DNA of 64,000 bases. Source: Gammaproteobacteria bacterium. GTDB taxonomy: Bacteria > Pseudomonadota > Gammaproteobacteria > Tenderiales > Tenderiaceae. Below, one piece after another: positions 28,915 to 40,300 of this stretch. Under the pieces are notes generated by a model that was not told the DNA's origin, did not search any database, and saw nothing but the letters and a program-made list of their open reading frames with translations. Position 1 is the stretch's first letter; each line of letters opens with the position of its first letter. The stretch covers positions 2,503 to 66,502 of the forward strand of contig JAKFXL010000036.1 of assembly GCA_021731365.1 (NCBI GenBank), read 5' to 3'. A program made the position numbers and the translations under genes.

Positions 28915-30093
28915 TTAGTCCTTTATCCCGATTGCTTTCCTCGCCGCCAGTGCTGTGGTTACCGCTTCAGCGACATCGCTGTCGATGACGGTGAAGTGGC
29001 CCATCTTGCGGCCAGGGCGGGCGGACTCTTTGCCGTAGAGGTGCAGTTTGAGGTTGGGGATGTTGTTGAGCTTGGCCCAGTCGGGTTCACGGCCTTCGTC
29101 GCTGTTCTCTTGAAACCAGAGATCACCCAGTAGATTCACCATCACGGAAGCGCTGTGTAGTCGTGGTGCGCCGAGTGGCAGGTTGCAGAGGGCGCGCACT
29201 TGTTGTTCGAACTGATGGGTGATGCAGCCGTCCAGGGTGTAGTGGCCGCTGTTGTGGGGGCGCGGTGCGATTTCGTTGATGAGTAGTTCACCGTTAACAA
29301 TAAAAAACTCTACCGCCATCACACCAACGTAGTGGAGGGCTTGGGCGACCTGCTTGGCCATCTCTTCGGCCTTGGCTAACAGAGTGGTGGAGGTGCGCGC
29401 CGGGGCGATGGATATATCCAGTATGCCGTGGTGGTGGATGTTTTCTGTCAGGGTGAAGCTTTGGCACTCGCCACGGCTGTTGCGCGCCAGGACAACGGAG
29501 ACTTCTAGGTCAAGTTTGACCATCTTCTCTAATACGCAGGGGGCGTTGAACTCGGCAAAGGCCTGTTGTGCTTCGCTGATGTTTTTGACGCGGGCCTGTC
29601 CTTTGCCGTCGTAGCCGAAGCGGGCGATCTTGAGGATGGCGGGGAACATGTCGTCGCCAGCGCTGGTTAGCTCGTTGGCTTTTTCGATCACCAGAAAGGG
29701 GGCGGTGGCAAAGCCGTTGTTACCGAGAAAGCGCTTTTCGGCGATGCGGTTCTGGGCGATGGCGACGGCCTCGGCGGAGGGGTGGACCGGGATCTTTTTG
29801 GCCAGCTTCTGCAGCGCGGCGGCGGGTACGTTTTCGAATTCAGTGGTGGCGGCGGCGCAGCGGTTGGCGAGCTGCTCCAGGGCGGCGGGATCATCATAGG
29901 CGGCGACAATATGTTCGTCGGCGATCAGCCCGGCGGGGGCGTCAGGGTCGGGGTCGAGCACGATCACCTTGTAACCCAGCTCGTGGGCGGCGGTGACAAA
30001 AAAGCGACCGAGCTGGCCGCCGCCGAGCATGGCCAGTGTGGCTGGGGCTTTGATTATCTCTGGGATCATCCCTGTGATCACCTTGGGAATCAT
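28915..30093 (-). CDS. purK: N5-carboxyaminoimidazole ribonucleotide synthase
   Basis: [42 protein letters not shown]. Confidence 0.97.
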   Translation of the reverse strand: MIPKVITGMIPEIIKAPATLAMLGGGQLGRFFVTAAHELGYKVIVLDPDPDAPAGLIADEHIVAAYDDPAALEQLANRCAAATTEFENVPAAALQKLAKKIPVHPSAEAVAIAQNRIAEKRFLGNNGFATAPFLVIEKANELTSAGDDMFPAILKIARFGYDGKGQARVKNISEAQQAFAEFNAPCVLEKMVKLDLEVSVVLARNSRGECQSFTLTENIHHHGILDISIAPARTSTTLLAKAEEMAKQVAQALHYVGVMAVEFFIVNGELLINEIAPRPHNSGHYTLDGCITHQFEQQVRALCNLPLGAPRLHSASVMVNLLGDLWFQENSDEGREPDWAKLNNIPNLKLHLYGKESARPGRKMGHFTVIDSDVAEAVTTALAARKAIGIKD

Positions 30094-30599
30094 GGCTTGT
30101 TGTCCAGCTCCATGGCGTAGACGGCCTGGCGCTGCTTTTCGCGGAACTCGTTCAGTTTGGTGGCAAGTAGCGGGTCGTTGTTGGCGAGCATGGCGATGGC
30201 AAAGAGTCCGGCGTTGGCCGCGCCTGCCTCACCGATGGCGAAGGTGGCGACGGGGATGCCTTTGGGCATCTGCACGATGGAGAGCAGTGAGTCCTGACCT
30301 TGCAGATGTTTTGATGGCACCGGCACACCGAGCACCGGCAGGATGGTCTTGGCGGCGATCATGCCGGGCAGATGGGCGGCGCCACCGGCACCGGCGATGA
30401 TCACCTTGATGCCGCGGCCGGCGGCCTGGTCGGCAAACTCAAACATCAGTTCGGGGGTGCGATGGGCGGAGACCACCTGGGCTTCGTAGGGGATGCCAAA
30501 CTGGGCCAGCATCTCGGCCGCCAGGCGCATCACCGGCCAGTCGCTGTTGCTGCCCATGACGATGGCTACCTGAGGCTGGGTGTGCGCTTTATCCTGCAT
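30090..30599 (-). CDS. purE: N5-CAIR mutase
   Basis: [37 protein letters not shown]. Confidence 0.98.
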   Translation of the reverse strand: MQDKAHTQPQVAIVMGSNSDWPVMRLAAEMLAQFGIPYEAQVVSAHRTPELMFEFADQAAGRGIKVIIAGAGGAAHLPGMIAAKTILPVLGVPVPSKHLQGQDSLLSIVQMPKGIPVATFAIGEAGAANAGLFAIAMLANNDPLLATKLNEFREKQRQAVYAMELDNKP

Positions 30600-30751
30600 G
30601 AGATCCTCTACTGCCTTGAATTGAAAGCGGGCGATTATACCCGAAGCGGTGGCGGACCGGCAGTTTCCGAGGTTGAGGTGTGTTGATTCAACAGTTCACG
30701 GGGGTTGACGCTATATCTGCATATATAAAGTGGAATATAGACTGTTTCATC

Positions 30752-30910
30752 ATGATCATTGCCAATAAGGTAGAAAAGATTACCCGCCGATTGTCCCTGA
30801 GCTGCCCGTGGCTGAAGCGTGTTGGGTTTTATGGCTTTATCTTTTTTTTCATCAAGGGGTTACTGTGGTTGTTGGTGCCGGTGGTGCTTTACTACTTTGG
30901 TGCTGGCTGA
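30752..30910 (+). CDS. Small membrane protein (52 aa)
   Basis: WLKRVGFYGFIFFFIKGLLWLLVP hydrophobic core; followed by a terminator. Confidence 0.6.
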   Translation: MIIANKVEKITRRLSLSCPWLKRVGFYGFIFFFIKGLLWLLVPVVLYYFGAG

Positions 30911-30927
30911 GTAGAGTCCAAAAACAG

Positions 30928-30962
30928 AAACGCCGCCCCGGCTCAGCCAGGGCGGCGTTTTT
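30928..30962. terminator. Probable bidirectional terminator between the small ORF and folD
   Basis: AAACGCCGCCC/GGGCGGCGTTT stem flanked by A and T tracts. Confidence 0.8.
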
Positions 30963-30982
30963 ATTGGTGGTGAGGATGGCTT

Positions 30983-31852
30983 TTAGTGGTCGCTCAGGCT
31001 CTCAGCGACATACAGGGTGTTTTGTAGCAGGGTGGCGATGGTCATGGGGCCAACCCCGCCCGGCACTGGGGTGATCCAGCCAGCACGTTGTGATGCCCCT
31101 TCAAAATCGACATCGCCCACCAGTTTGCCACTCGCCAGACGATTGATGCCAACATCGATCACCATCGCCCCTTCCCTGATCCAGTCGCCGGGGATGAAGT
31201 CGGGTTTGCCAACGGCCACCACCAGCACCTCAGCGCGGCCAACATGGGCCTTTAGATCTTTGGTGAAGCGGTGGCAGGTGGTGACGGTACAGCCTGCCAG
31301 CAGTAGCTCCAGCCCCATGGGGCGGCCTACGATGTTGGAGGCGCCGACAATCACCGCCTCTTTGCCCTTGAGCTCTTCACCGGTATGTTCCAGCAGCGTC
31401 ATGATCCCCCATGGGGTGCAGGGGCGCAGCTTGGGGATACGTTGGGCCAGCAGGCCGACGTTGTAGGGGTGAAAGCCATCCACATCTTTATCGGGGTGGA
31501 TACGTTCGATCACCTCCTCCGAGATGATCTGCGGCGGTAGCGGCAGCTGTACTAGGATGCCATCAATCTCAGGGTCCTGATTGAGCTGGTCGATCACCGC
31601 CAGCAACGCTTCCTGAGTGGTGGTGGCTGGCAGGTCGTAGGATTTGGAGAGAAAGCCCACTTCCGCACAGGATTTACGTTTGTTGTTGACATAGACCTGG
31701 GAGGCGGCATCCAGCCCCACCAGCACCACGGCCAGTCCGGGGCGGCGCTGCCCCAGGCTGAGGCGGTGATCAACGCGCTGTTTGACGTTGCTGCGGATCT
31801 CGGCGGCGATGGCTTTACCATCTATGATCTTGGCTCTCATGGGGGCTGTCAT
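30983..31852 (-). CDS. folD: Methylene-THF dehydrogenase/cyclohydrolase
   Basis: [38 protein letters not shown]; start at 31852 or 31840. Confidence 0.97.
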   Translation of the reverse strand: MTAPMRAKIIDGKAIAAEIRSNVKQRVDHRLSLGQRRPGLAVVLVGLDAASQVYVNNKRKSCAEVGFLSKSYDLPATTTQEALLAVIDQLNQDPEIDGILVQLPLPPQIISEEVIERIHPDKDVDGFHPYNVGLLAQRIPKLRPCTPWGIMTLLEHTGEELKGKEAVIVGASNIVGRPMGLELLLAGCTVTTCHRFTKDLKAHVGRAEVLVVAVGKPDFIPGDWIREGAMVIDVGINRLASGKLVGDVDFEGASQRAGWITPVPGGVGPMTIATLLQNTLYVAESLSDH

Positions 31853-32031
31853 GGCTGGGTAATCAATCCGGTGCTGGAAAAACGCCAAATGATACCAGAA
31901 GTGGTGCGTTGGCTGAACGTGCCACTTCTGACCAATGTTATTCAGTGGCAGGGTTTGCCCGGCGAAATGGATTAAACTTATCCTGTTGCTCGCGGTTGGC
32001 GGCACGAATTTTCAATCTGGGGAGTGGGGAT

Positions 32032-32988
32032 ATGTTGTTTGATGTTTTTAACGGTGATGCGGATGGCCTGTGTGCACTGCAGCAGTTTCGATTGGCCACA
32101 CCCGCCTCAGCCACGCTGGTGACAGGTGTAAAGCGAGACATCTCCCTGCTGAAGCGTGTTCAGGCCAGCGCCGGTGATGAGGTGGCGGTATTTGATATCT
32201 CCCTGGATAAAAATAGAGAGGCGCTACAGCGGTTGCTGGAACAGGGGGTGAGGGTTCGCTATTTTGATCATCACTTTGCCGGAGAGATTCCAGAGCATGA
32301 CAATATGGAGTCATACATCGATGTGGCAGCTGAGACCTGTACCAGCCTGATAGTTAACGGCTACTTAAAGGGGCGTTTTTGCGCATGGGCAGTGGTGGGG
32401 GCCTTTGGCGATAACCTGGATACCAGCGCTCGTCAGGCGGCGGCTGACCTGAAGCTGTCAGAGGCGCAGCTTGCCTCCCTGTGTGAGTTGGGGATCTGTT
32501 TGAACTACAACGGTTACGGCGCGGCGCTTGACGACCTCTTTTTTACACCGCAGCAGCTCGCTGAACGGATGCGTCCCCATCTCTCGCCGTTTGATTTTAT
32601 GGCGGCGGAGCCGGAACTGTTTGCCACGCTGCAAAACGGGGCCGAGCAGGATACCGCCAGGGCCAGGGCGGTGGCCCCGGCAGTGGCGTCGGACAACGTG
32701 GCGGTTTTTCTCTTCCCGGCCGAGCCGTGGGCGCGGCGGGTATCAGGCGTCTTTAGTAATGAGCTGGCAACGGCACACCCCAATCGTGCCCATGCGTTAT
32801 TGACGGCGTTGCCACAAGGGGGGTTTGTGGCCAGTGTGCGTGCCCCCTTAAACAACAAACAGGGTGCTGATGAGCTGTGCCGCGCCTTTGCCACCGGGGG
32901 CGGGCGCAAGGCGGCAGCGGGTATTAATGAGTTGCCAGAGAGTCAGTACACGACCTTTGTGAATGCGTTTCAGACGATGTACGGTTAG
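32032..32988 (+). CDS. DHH family phosphoesterase
   Basis: NGDADG, FDIS, YFDHH and DHHA1-like GGGRKAAAG. Confidence 0.8.
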   Translation: MLFDVFNGDADGLCALQQFRLATPASATLVTGVKRDISLLKRVQASAGDEVAVFDISLDKNREALQRLLEQGVRVRYFDHHFAGEIPEHDNMESYIDVAAETCTSLIVNGYLKGRFCAWAVVGAFGDNLDTSARQAAADLKLSEAQLASLCELGICLNYNGYGAALDDLFFTPQQLAERMRPHLSPFDFMAAEPELFATLQNGAEQDTARARAVAPAVASDNVAVFLFPAEPWARRVSGVFSNELATAHPNRAHALLTALPQGGFVASVRAPLNNKQGADELCRAFATGGGRKAAAGINELPESQYTTFVNAFQTMYG

Positions 32989-33066
32989 CGGTTTTTATCT
33001 CATGTGGCCGGAGATGAGCGGCTATTGGAATTGACTTTGGTGCGAACTGATAGAGAGGGTGAAGCG

Positions 33067-33504
33067 ATGGTAGAGCAATATTCCCATATCCTGCTGGCGA
33101 CTGATCTTTTAGACGATAGTGAGGGGGTGGTGGCACGGGCGGCAGAGCTGGCGCAACGTTATAGCAGTCGGCTGAGTGTGATCCATGTGGTGGAGCAGGT
33201 ACCTGTCTATTTTGGCAGTGAGCTGGCGATGCCAGCGGTGGAACCTATTGAAATACAGCTGGTAGAGGTGGCGCGTGAAAAGATGGCGGCCCTGGCACAG
33301 TGGTTGGGCATTGATCCGGAGTGTTGTCATGTGGAGGTGGGTGCCACCAAGTCGGGAATACTGTCGTTTGCCGAGCGTGAACAGGTGACGTTGATTGTCA
33401 TCGGCAGCCACAGTCGCCATGGTCTGGGACGGCTGCTGGGGGCGACGGCTAAAAGCATCCTCAACGCTGCGGTGTGTGATGTCCTGGCGGTGAAGATCAA
33501 ATAG
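33067..33504 (+). CDS. Universal stress protein (UspA family)
   Basis: YSHILLATDL, LIVIGSHSRHGL..LLG.TA, CDVLAVK. Confidence 0.9.
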   Translation: MVEQYSHILLATDLLDDSEGVVARAAELAQRYSSRLSVIHVVEQVPVYFGSELAMPAVEPIEIQLVEVAREKMAALAQWLGIDPECCHVEVGATKSGILSFAEREQVTLIVIGSHSRHGLGRLLGATAKSILNAAVCDVLAVKIK

Positions 33505-33541
33505 GGGCCACCGTGGCAGCCCCTGTTTGATGTGCTGTTGT

Positions 33542-33865
33542 TTAGCGCTCCAGAAACTGGAGTTTGTCAGGCACGCCGTCCCACTCGGCAGCATCAGCGG
33601 GTGGGTCCTGCTTTTCGGTTACCACCGGCCAGATTTTTGTCAGCTCGGCGTTGAGAGCGATGAAATGTTGCTGATCGTCGGGCACGTCATCCTCGGCAAA
33701 AATAGCCTTGGCCGGGCATTCTGGCTCGCATAGTGCGCAGTCGATGCACTCGTCTGGGTCGATGACGAGAAAGTTTGGCCCCATATAAAAACAGTCCACG
33801 GGGCAGACCTCAACACAGTCGGTATATTTACATTTGATGCAGTTGTCCGTTACTACAAACGTCAT
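33542..33865 (-). CDS. fdxA: 7Fe ferredoxin (FdxA / ferredoxin I)
   Basis: [18 protein letters not shown] and [12 protein letters not shown]; located downstream of mutS. Confidence 0.95.
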   Translation of the reverse strand: MTFVVTDNCIKCKYTDCVEVCPVDCFYMGPNFLVIDPDECIDCALCEPECPAKAIFAEDDVPDDQQHFIALNAELTKIWPVVTEKQDPPADAAEWDGVPDKLQFLER

Positions 33866-33916
33866 GATGAACTCCTATGGGCCAATTTTAAGGTAAAAGC
33901 GTAAACCGTCATCTAC

Positions 33917-36511
33917 TTATGTACTGAGGTCTGCCAGTTTTTTCAATTCGTACAGTTTATCGAGTGCCTGACGGGGTGTGAACTCATCAGGGGACAATTC
34001 ATCCAGCGCTGCCAGCAGTGTGAGCAACGGTTGCGCTAACGGTGGTGGCGAATCAAACAGCCCCAGCTGCGGTGCGTTTTTTGTCCCGCTCTGTTGGGGC
34101 GCACCACTCTCCAGCTGTCGCAGTTTGACCTTGGCGGCCTGAATGACCGCTTTAGGCACACCGGCCAGTGCTGCCACCTGCAGGCCGTAGCTCTGGTTGG
34201 CGGGACCAGGTTTGACGGCATGCAGAAAGACGATGCTGTCGCCATGCTCCACTGCATCAAGGTGTACGTTGACCACATTGCCGTGCTGCTCTGGCAGGGC
34301 GGTCAACTCAAAGTAGTGGGTGGCGAACAGGGTATAGGCAGAGACCTTTTTTGCCAAGTGTTCCGCGCAGGCCCACGCCAGCGACAGACCATCAAAGGTG
34401 CTGGTGCCACGGCCAATCTCATCCATAAGGACCAGACTGTTTTCGCTGGCGTTGTGGAGGATGTTGGCGGTTTCGGTCATCTCCACCATGAAGGTGGAGC
34501 GGCCACCAGCCAGATCGTCAGAGGCCCCGATGCGGGTGAAGATACGGTCAATAGGCCCTAGTGTCACCGACTCTGCCGGTACAAAGCTGCCGATGTGGGC
34601 CAGCAGGGTGATGAGCGCCGTCTGACGCATGTAGGTTGATTTACCCCCCATGTTGGGGCCGGTGATGATCTGGATACGTTGCTCGCTGTTGAGCCGGGTA
34701 TCGTTGGGTACAAACGGGCCGTCGAGATTCTGCTCCACCACTGGGTGGCGTCCGGCGATGATCTCTATCTGAGGTTCGGATGTCAGCGTGGGTCGACTCA
34801 GATTCAGGGTGTCAGCACGTTCAGCCAGATTGGCTAGCACATCCAGCTCGGCAATGGCGGCGGCGCTGGTCTGCAGGTCGGCAAGGTGTGGGATCAGTGA
34901 CTCCAGCAGGGTTTCGTACAGCGCCTTCTCCCGCGCCAGCGCCCGCTCCTTGGCGCTAAGCGCCTTATCCTCAAACCCCTTTAGCTCCGGTGTGATGTAG
35001 CGTTCGTACCCCTTGAGTGTCTGGCGGCGGATGTAGTCGGCGGGTACTTTGTCGGCCTGTGCCTTGCTTACCTCTATATAGTAGCCATGCACACGGTTGT
35101 AGGCGACCTTGAGGGTGGGAATGCCGCTGCGGATCTTCTCCCGCTGTTCGAGATCGAGCAGATATTGCCCAGCATTACTACTGATGCCACGCAACTCATC
35201 CAGCTCTGCATCGTAACCGGGGGCGATAACCCCGCCATCACGGATGATCACGGGCGGGTTGTCGATCACGGCCCGCAACAGGTGTGCGTGTAGTTCTGGG
35301 TATTGTCCCATCCGTGCAGCGATATCCTCAATCAGCGGTGACGAGAGGGGCTGGATCTGGCGGTGCAGGGCCGGCAGCTGTGCCAGGGTGTCACGCAGTT
35401 GGGCGAGGTCGCGGGGGCGGGCCGACTTCAGGCCGATACGGGCAAGAATGCGTTCGATGTCGGCGATGGTCTGCAACTGCTCCTGTGGGGGTTCAAAATT
35501 GTGGTTTTCCAGCAGGGTGTCGATGGCGTGCAGGCGTTGATTCAGAATCTGGTGATCACGTAACGGTCGGTTGAGCCAGCGCCGCAGCAGGCGGCTACCC
35601 ATGGCGGTGGCGCTGCGATCCATCACATCGAGCAGGGTATTGTCGCGGCCACCGAACAGATTGACCTCAAGCTCCAGATTGCGGCGGCTGGTGGCATCCA
35701 TCACCACACTATCTTCACGCCGTTCGACGCTGATCCCCTGAATGTGGGGCAGGGCGGCGCGCTGGGTCTCCTGGGCGTACTGCATCAGACAACCGGCGGC
35801 ACAGAGGGCGCTGTTCATGGTGTCGCAACCAAAGCCGTGCAGATCACGGGTACCCATCTGGGCAGTGAGCAGGCGCACGGCGGTCTCGAACTCAAAATGC
35901 CACGGCTGCTGTTGCCGCACCGGGTAGTGGGCCTCTAGCGTTAACATGCGGTTTAATGCTTCGCTGACCAGCAGTTCGGCGGGGCGGATACGCTCCAATT
36001 CGTCGTTGAGAGCCTCTTTGCCCGTCACCTCCATCACAACGAGGCGACCAGAGGTGAGGTCGAGGGTGGCAATGCCAAAGTTGTTGTCGTGACGGTGTAC
36101 GGCGGCGAGCACGTTATCCTGGCGTTCGTTGAGCAGCGCCTCGTCGGTGACAGTGCCGGGGGTGATGACCCGCATCACCTTGCGCTCTACCGGTCCTTTG
36201 GAGGTGGCCGGGTCCCCTACCTGTTCACAGAGTGCAACGGACTCACCCTGCTTGACCAGCCGTGCCAGATACCCTTCTGCCGCGTGGTAGGGGATGCCCG
36301 CCATTGGAATAGGCTCGCCTGCTGATTGGCCGCGGGAGGTCAGTGTAATGTCGAGCAGCCGTGCCGCCTTGCGGGCGTCATCAAAAAAGAGTTCGTAAAA
36401 ATCGCCCATGCGGTAAAAGAGCAGCATGTTGGGGTGCTCGGCCTTGATACCCAGATATTGCTGCATCATGGGGGTGTGTTGAGAACTGGTTTTATTGGCG
36501 CTGTTACTCAT
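33917..36511 (-). CDS. mutS: DNA mismatch repair protein MutS
   Basis: [39 protein letters not shown]. Confidence 0.98.
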   Translation of the reverse strand: MSNSANKTSSQHTPMMQQYLGIKAEHPNMLLFYRMGDFYELFFDDARKAARLLDITLTSRGQSAGEPIPMAGIPYHAAEGYLARLVKQGESVALCEQVGDPATSKGPVERKVMRVITPGTVTDEALLNERQDNVLAAVHRHDNNFGIATLDLTSGRLVVMEVTGKEALNDELERIRPAELLVSEALNRMLTLEAHYPVRQQQPWHFEFETAVRLLTAQMGTRDLHGFGCDTMNSALCAAGCLMQYAQETQRAALPHIQGISVERREDSVVMDATSRRNLELEVNLFGGRDNTLLDVMDRSATAMGSRLLRRWLNRPLRDHQILNQRLHAIDTLLENHNFEPPQEQLQTIADIERILARIGLKSARPRDLAQLRDTLAQLPALHRQIQPLSSPLIEDIAARMGQYPELHAHLLRAVIDNPPVIIRDGGVIAPGYDAELDELRGISSNAGQYLLDLEQREKIRSGIPTLKVAYNRVHGYYIEVSKAQADKVPADYIRRQTLKGYERYITPELKGFEDKALSAKERALAREKALYETLLESLIPHLADLQTSAAAIAELDVLANLAERADTLNLSRPTLTSEPQIEIIAGRHPVVEQNLDGPFVPNDTRLNSEQRIQIITGPNMGGKSTYMRQTALITLLAHIGSFVPAESVTLGPIDRIFTRIGASDDLAGGRSTFMVEMTETANILHNASENSLVLMDEIGRGTSTFDGLSLAWACAEHLAKKVSAYTLFATHYFELTALPEQHGNVVNVHLDAVEHGDSIVFLHAVKPGPANQSYGLQVAALAGVPKAVIQAAKVKLRQLESGAPQQSGTKNAPQLGLFDSPPPLAQPLLTLLAALDELSPDEFTPRQALDKLYELKKLADLST

Positions 36512-36681
36512 TAAATTGCCTGACTATTGCTCCCTGAGAGCGGCATTTTAACTCAGCCAGAAGATGGATGCCGCAGCTAACTTTGCCTGTAGGTGAAATT
36601 TTGGGCGAAGTTGATGTGTAACTGCGAAAAAACAGGCGTTATGAAGAACAGTGGTTCAGTGCAACATGGCTGAAGGCGGTG

Positions 36682-36957
36682 TTATGCAGAGAGTTGAAGG
36701 TGTAGCTCTTTGTATTTCTGATAAGAGATCACATTGTCACACTTGTTGAGTGAGGCGGTCACCGCTGATCGGACCACGGTCTTCTCCTTGACTGTGGTCT
36801 CTTCCCATTCATGAGGATAGATGGCAATAATCTCAAAATCACCCGGCCATGGATCGTAGGTGAGCATGGTCGCCACCTCTTCCAGCTCTTCTAGGACCTC
36901 TCTCATTAATAACTCTTGTTCGGCGGTACCGGAGATGCTTCTCTGATGCAGCTTCAT
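36682..36957 (-). CDS. Hypothetical protein (91 aa, acidic N-terminal half)
   Basis: ATG with GAGGT RBS; fills the mutS-suhB gap; no family recognised. Confidence 0.6.
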   Translation of the reverse strand: MKLHQRSISGTAEQELLMREVLEELEEVATMLTYDPWPGDFEIIAIYPHEWEETTVKEKTVVRSAVTASLNKCDNVISYQKYKELHLQLSA

Positions 36958-36986
36958 GACATAAACCTCACTCTCGTTCTTCCCCT

Positions 36987-37014
36987 TTATCGGCGTTTGC
37001 CGGGGTGAACTTGA
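36987..37014 (-). promoter_or_regulatory. Putative sigma28 (FliA) promoter
   Basis: TCAAGTTC-N12-GCCGATAA, 30 bp upstream of the 91-aa ORF. Confidence 0.6.
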
Positions 37015-37123
37015 ACCCGTTGAGGGTAAAAAAGGTGGTAAATGGTCTGTTTAAAACAGGGGTATGACAGTTCCCCACCGGCAGCCGCTGATAGCGGTGC
37101 CGGCGGGAAATGGGTTGGGTCGG

Positions 37124-37924
37124 TTATAGCGCCCGGAGCTCGCTGGCGTAAGGGTGCAGTGCCTGCACCATCGCCTTGAAAACCTTAGGGTTGGCGGCAA
37201 TGACATGGCCGGTTTCGAATATCTCGTGACCACCATATATATCAGAGACCATGCCCCCGGCCTCTTGAATCAGCAGAATCCCGGCGGCCATATCCCACGG
37301 CTTGAGGTCGAGCTCCCAAAAACCATCCAGCCGACCAGAGGCGACATAGGCAAGGTCTAACGCGGCGGAGCCAGCGCGGCGAATGCCGGCAGTAGGGATC
37401 ACCATCTCTTTCAGCATCTGCAGGTAGATATCCAGAAAACGCTGGTTTTTGAACGGGATGCCCGTTCCAATAAGCGCGCCATCCAGGCTGTTGGCCTTGC
37501 TGACACGTAGGCGGCGGCCGTTGAGCTGCGCCCCCATGCCACGACTGGCGCTGAAGATCTCATCTTTGAGCGGGTCAAAAACAACTGCATGCTCCAGCCG
37601 TCCGCGCTGCTTTACGGCAATGGAGACGGAGTATTGTGGGAACTGGTGAAGAAAATTGGTAGTGCCGTCGAGGGGGTCAATAATCCACTGGAACTCATCC
37701 CCGGTAGCGTGTTCACCACTCTCCTCAGCCAAAATTCCATGGTCAGGGAAGGACTTGCGAATGATCTGGATAATCTCATCTTCGGCTTGCCGGTCAACTT
37801 CAGTGACATAATCGTGTTGTGATTTGGTCTGGATGTTGAGGCTGTCCATGCGGCTACTGGCGCGGGTAATCACAGTGCCGGCTTGACGGGCGGCGCGGAT
37901 GGCAATGTTAACGATAGGATGCAT
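37124..37924 (-). CDS. suhB: Inositol monophosphatase / Nus factor SuhB
   Basis: MHP.VNIA.RAAR, WIIDPLDGTTNF, RRAGSAALDL, WDMAAG. Confidence 0.96.
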   Translation of the reverse strand: MHPIVNIAIRAARQAGTVITRASSRMDSLNIQTKSQHDYVTEVDRQAEDEIIQIIRKSFPDHGILAEESGEHATGDEFQWIIDPLDGTTNFLHQFPQYSVSIAVKQRGRLEHAVVFDPLKDEIFSASRGMGAQLNGRRLRVSKANSLDGALIGTGIPFKNQRFLDIYLQMLKEMVIPTAGIRRAGSAALDLAYVASGRLDGFWELDLKPWDMAAGILLIQEAGGMVSDIYGGHEIFETGHVIAANPKVFKAMVQALHPYASELRAL

Positions 37925-38042
37925 GCGGAGGCTTCAATGATGTCAAAAATGGGGCGCTAAGAATACCAGAGAACGGCCCCTGAATGTGAAGGGCTTAACC
38001 TTTTTTATAGGGTCGGCCAAGAATCGGCTAGAATGACGCCCC

Positions 38043-38777
38043 ATGAAAACGAACATCAGAATTGTACTTATTAATACCAGCCATCCTGGCAATATCGGCG
38101 CAGTCGCCCGAGCGATGAAAAATATGTGCCTGGAGCGGCTCTATCTTGTTGAACCGAATGACTTTCCGAGTGCTGAGGCCACTTCGCGGTCGTCGGGCGC
38201 GGATGACCTGCTGGCACGAGCAGTCGTCTGCTCCACCCTGGAAGAGGCGCTGGCAGGGTGCCACTTTGTGGTGGGGACCAGCGCCCGCAATCGTAGTCTC
38301 AGCTGGCCGGTGATGGCACCGCGTGAATGCGCCGCGCGGTTGGTGGAGGAGAGCGTAGCGGGCGAGGTGGCGCTGGTATTTGGGCGCGAGGATTCGGGCA
38401 TGACCAATGAGGAGCTGGAGCGTTGCCACTATCTGGTGAGCATTCCCAGCAATCCCGATTTCTCATCACTCAATCTTGGAGCGGCCGTTCAGGTGCTCGC
38501 TTATGAGTTGATGGTGGCTACGCCGCTGGCAAAATCGGTGTCGGAAGAGGAGGGCCGTGACCTGGCAACAGCGGATGAGATGGAGTCCTTCTTTCTCCAC
38601 CTGGAGCAGACCCTGGTGGACCTGGAGTTTCTTGATAACAGCCAGCCCCGTAGGCTGATGAGGCGGTTACGCCGATTTTTTAACCGGGCACGCCCTGATC
38701 AGACCGAGGTGAATATTTTACGTGGTGTACTTGCGGCAGCGCAGGGGCGTAAGCTTAGCCGCGCCAAGGGTGTATAG
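38043..38777 (+). CDS. trmJ: tRNA (C32/U32-2'-O)-methyltransferase
   Basis: [35 protein letters not shown]. Confidence 0.93.
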   Translation: MKTNIRIVLINTSHPGNIGAVARAMKNMCLERLYLVEPNDFPSAEATSRSSGADDLLARAVVCSTLEEALAGCHFVVGTSARNRSLSWPVMAPRECAARLVEESVAGEVALVFGREDSGMTNEELERCHYLVSIPSNPDFSSLNLGAAVQVLAYELMVATPLAKSVSEEEGRDLATADEMESFFLHLEQTLVDLEFLDNSQPRRLMRRLRRFFNRARPDQTEVNILRGVLAAAQGRKLSRAKGV

Positions 38778-38851
38778 CTGATTGGTTTTATTTTCAGTAT
38801 GGCGTTAATATGGGTTTTTTAACCAGTTCGTTGTCAAGGATGGGGGCATTA

Positions 38852-39661
38852 ATGGTGTTTCAACGCATCCGCGAAGATGTTCGGTGTGTGTTTGACCGTG
38901 ACCCTGCGGCACGCAACGTGTTTGAAGTGCTGACAACATATCCTGGGGTTCATGCGGTGATAGGCCATAGGGTAAGTCACGCGCTTTGGAACATGGGACT
39001 GAAATGGCTGGCGCGGATGAACTCCACACTATGTCGCTGGCTAACGGGCATTGAGATTCACCCTGCCGCCACCATTGGCAGGCGTTTTTTTATAGACCAT
39101 GGTATGGGGGTGGTGATCGGTGAGACGGCCGAGATTGGCGATGATTGCACCCTCTACCACGGCGTGACGCTGGGGGGCACCTCGTGGAACAAAGGTAAAC
39201 GCCACCCCACGTTGATGAATAATGTGGTGGTGGGGGCGGGTGCCAAGGTACTGGGGCCTATTACACTCGGTGATGGGGCCCGGGTGGGTTCCAACGCAGT
39301 GGTTATAAAGGACGTTGCGCCGGGCAACACGGTAGTGGGTGTGCCGGGGCGCATTGTTAATGACGTGGATAGTGAGAAAGATGCGCGGCGTCAAGCCGTT
39401 GCCAAAATGATCGGTTTTGATGCCTACGGCATGCATCAAGGCACAACTGATCCGGTTGTTCAGGCGATTAACCACATGCTTGACCATATTCATGCGATGG
39501 ATTCGAAGATGGGCGATATGTGTAAGGCGATTGAACAGCTTGGGGGCGAGGTAGATGGCGCTCCATTGCCTGTATTGAATTCGTGCGAGATTAAAGAGGG
39601 AAGTGGACAGGAGGCTGAGCCGAGGGAGGAGGCGGCAAAGCGCGGGATAATACCTGATTAA
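38852..39661 (+). CDS. cysE: Serine O-acetyltransferase
   Basis: [32 protein letters not shown]; start could lie up to 38810. Confidence 0.95.
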   Translation: MVFQRIREDVRCVFDRDPAARNVFEVLTTYPGVHAVIGHRVSHALWNMGLKWLARMNSTLCRWLTGIEIHPAATIGRRFFIDHGMGVVIGETAEIGDDCTLYHGVTLGGTSWNKGKRHPTLMNNVVVGAGAKVLGPITLGDGARVGSNAVVIKDVAPGNTVVGVPGRIVNDVDSEKDARRQAVAKMIGFDAYGMHQGTTDPVVQAINHMLDHIHAMDSKMGDMCKAIEQLGGEVDGAPLPVLNSCEIKEGSGQEAEPREEAAKRGIIPD

Positions 39662-39699
39662 AATAGTCAGGAAAATACTTGACCATTTTAGTTGGATAA
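39650..39699 (+). promoter_or_regulatory. Two tandem type-1 IscR boxes overlapping the iscR promoter
   Basis: ATACCTGATTAAAATAGTCAGGAAA and ATACTTGACCATTTTAGTTGGATAA versus consensus ATASYYGACTRwwwYAGTCRRSTAT; TTGACC-17-TACTGT promoter. Confidence 0.8.
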
Positions 39700-39775
39700 A
39701 GTACTGTTCATATAATGATGAAGCATATATATGGTGTATTTGATTGCCACCATATGAACATCAAGAGGGTTAATC

Positions 39776-40270
39776 ATGAGACTTACAACCAAAGGTCGTT
39801 ACGCAGTTACCGCAATGTTGGATCTGGCAATACATGCTAACGATGCTCCGGTACCTCTGGCAGAAATTTCACAGCGCCAGGGGATTTCACTGTCTTATCT
39901 CGAACAGCTCTTTTCACGTTTGAGACGCCAAGGTCTGGTAGACAGCGCACGCGGCCCTGGTGGAGGCTACCGTTTGGCCCGCCCAGCGAGTGAAATTGCA
40001 GTAGTTCATGTTATCAACGCGATTGATGAGAATGTAAACGTGACGCGTTGTGGCGGCCAGGCGGATTGTCAGGATGGAGACCCCTGTCTGACACATGACC
40101 TGTGGTGCGATCTGAGCAACCAGATCCATGAATTTCTCTCCAGTATTAGTCTGCAGCAGCTGGTGGAGCGGCGCACGGTGCGTGAAGTAGCTGCGCGTCA
40201 GGATAGTAGGCAGCAGACTATTAAGTACAAAGCGGCCGGGACTGAGAGGGATTTTGCTGTCTCTAGTTAA
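39776..40270 (+). CDS. iscR: Fe-S cluster assembly regulator IscR
   Basis: [20 protein letters not shown], three Cys plus His (C-x5-C-x5-CLTH). Confidence 0.97.
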   Translation: MRLTTKGRYAVTAMLDLAIHANDAPVPLAEISQRQGISLSYLEQLFSRLRRQGLVDSARGPGGGYRLARPASEIAVVHVINAIDENVNVTRCGGQADCQDGDPCLTHDLWCDLSNQIHEFLSSISLQQLVERRTVREVAARQDSRQQTIKYKAAGTERDFAVSS

Positions 40271-40300
40271 GGTTTTTCAGCAAGTTATGCAGGTGGGTCT

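Noticed and set aside
30046..30093. Imperfect [16 protein letters not shown] duplication at the purK start
   Set aside because: Too short to interpret; probably only offers alternative start codons.
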